A DNA stretch of 64,000 bases from Eledone cirrhosa (taxonomy: Eukaryota): assembly GCA_964016885.1 (NCBI GenBank), contig OZ024744.1, forward strand, positions 79,484,001 through 79,548,000, in the 5' to 3' direction. A program made the translations under genes and the position numbers. The notes beneath the pieces were generated by a model, which worked only from the letters and a program-made list of their open reading frames with translations, did no database searches and was not told the DNA's origin. Shown piece by piece: positions 63,488-64,000 of this stretch (position 1 is the first letter of the stretch; each line of letters starts with the position of its first letter).

Positions 63488-64000
63488 ATAGGAATTTAGA
63501 TCGATACAATATTATAAGCATATAAATATATATGTGTGTGTGAATTTTATTAAACTACCATAAAATATTGTTTATTCATAACAGCTGTTTCACAGCATAC
63601 AGTTAGTTTTAGGTGAAATGCCATTTTTAAAAATCACAGGCTTCACATGAAAGGGCAGGGAAGAAAGAAAGTGAAGTCAAAGCATGACTAAAGGGAAGAA
63701 ATATGTTACATATGTATATATATGTGTGTGTATGTGTAGATATATATATATATATTTATATGTGTATGTATGGAGAAATGTGTGTATTTATACGTCAATA
63801 TTGAGTACGTGTGTGTTTGTGTGCCATATGTGAGCGAAAGGTCGCATGTTATATGTGTGTATTTGCATTTCCATGTAGACGCACATATAACGTATATATG
63901 CGTGAGTTTGTGTATGTTTATGTATTTGGATATTTATATATTTTTTCCCCTCAATTTATGCCCGTTATTTTATTTCAGCCTCACTTTCATTTATCCTAAA

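Overview
AT-rich, microsatellite-dense eukaryotic DNA, probably intergenic or intronic. The SINE families and repeat landscape look like a coleoid cephalopod, probably Octopus (inference from family recognition, no search run). I cannot support any host protein-coding gene; most track ORFs are microsatellite read-through. The window is mainly mobile DNA: four decayed Tx1/L1-clade LINEs (31.6-40.2 kb, 49.0-53.5 kb) sitting in (ATT)n or (TCTA)n tracts, RTE LINE fragments (one 5'-inverted), Naiad-type Penelope-like elements with GIY-YIG remnants, a 1.2 kb internally deleted Gypsy element, a mariner remnant, hAT/piggyBac/TcMar-like MITEs, Helentron-like elements, many Meta-domain and CORE-type SINEs, and a 5S pseudogene. 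The most unusual signal is a dense set of type I hammerhead ribozyme motifs, about nine complete ones in the first 21.6 kb, mostly near AATAAA and (TA)n. Two families have greatly elongated stem II (about 60 nt and about 105 nt); the 105 nt pair shows stem I covariation and a C3:G8 to U3:A8 core swap. Next to them is a CRISPR-look-alike array of six identical 74 bp hammerhead half-units spaced by variable (TA)n. All alignments and folds were done by eye.
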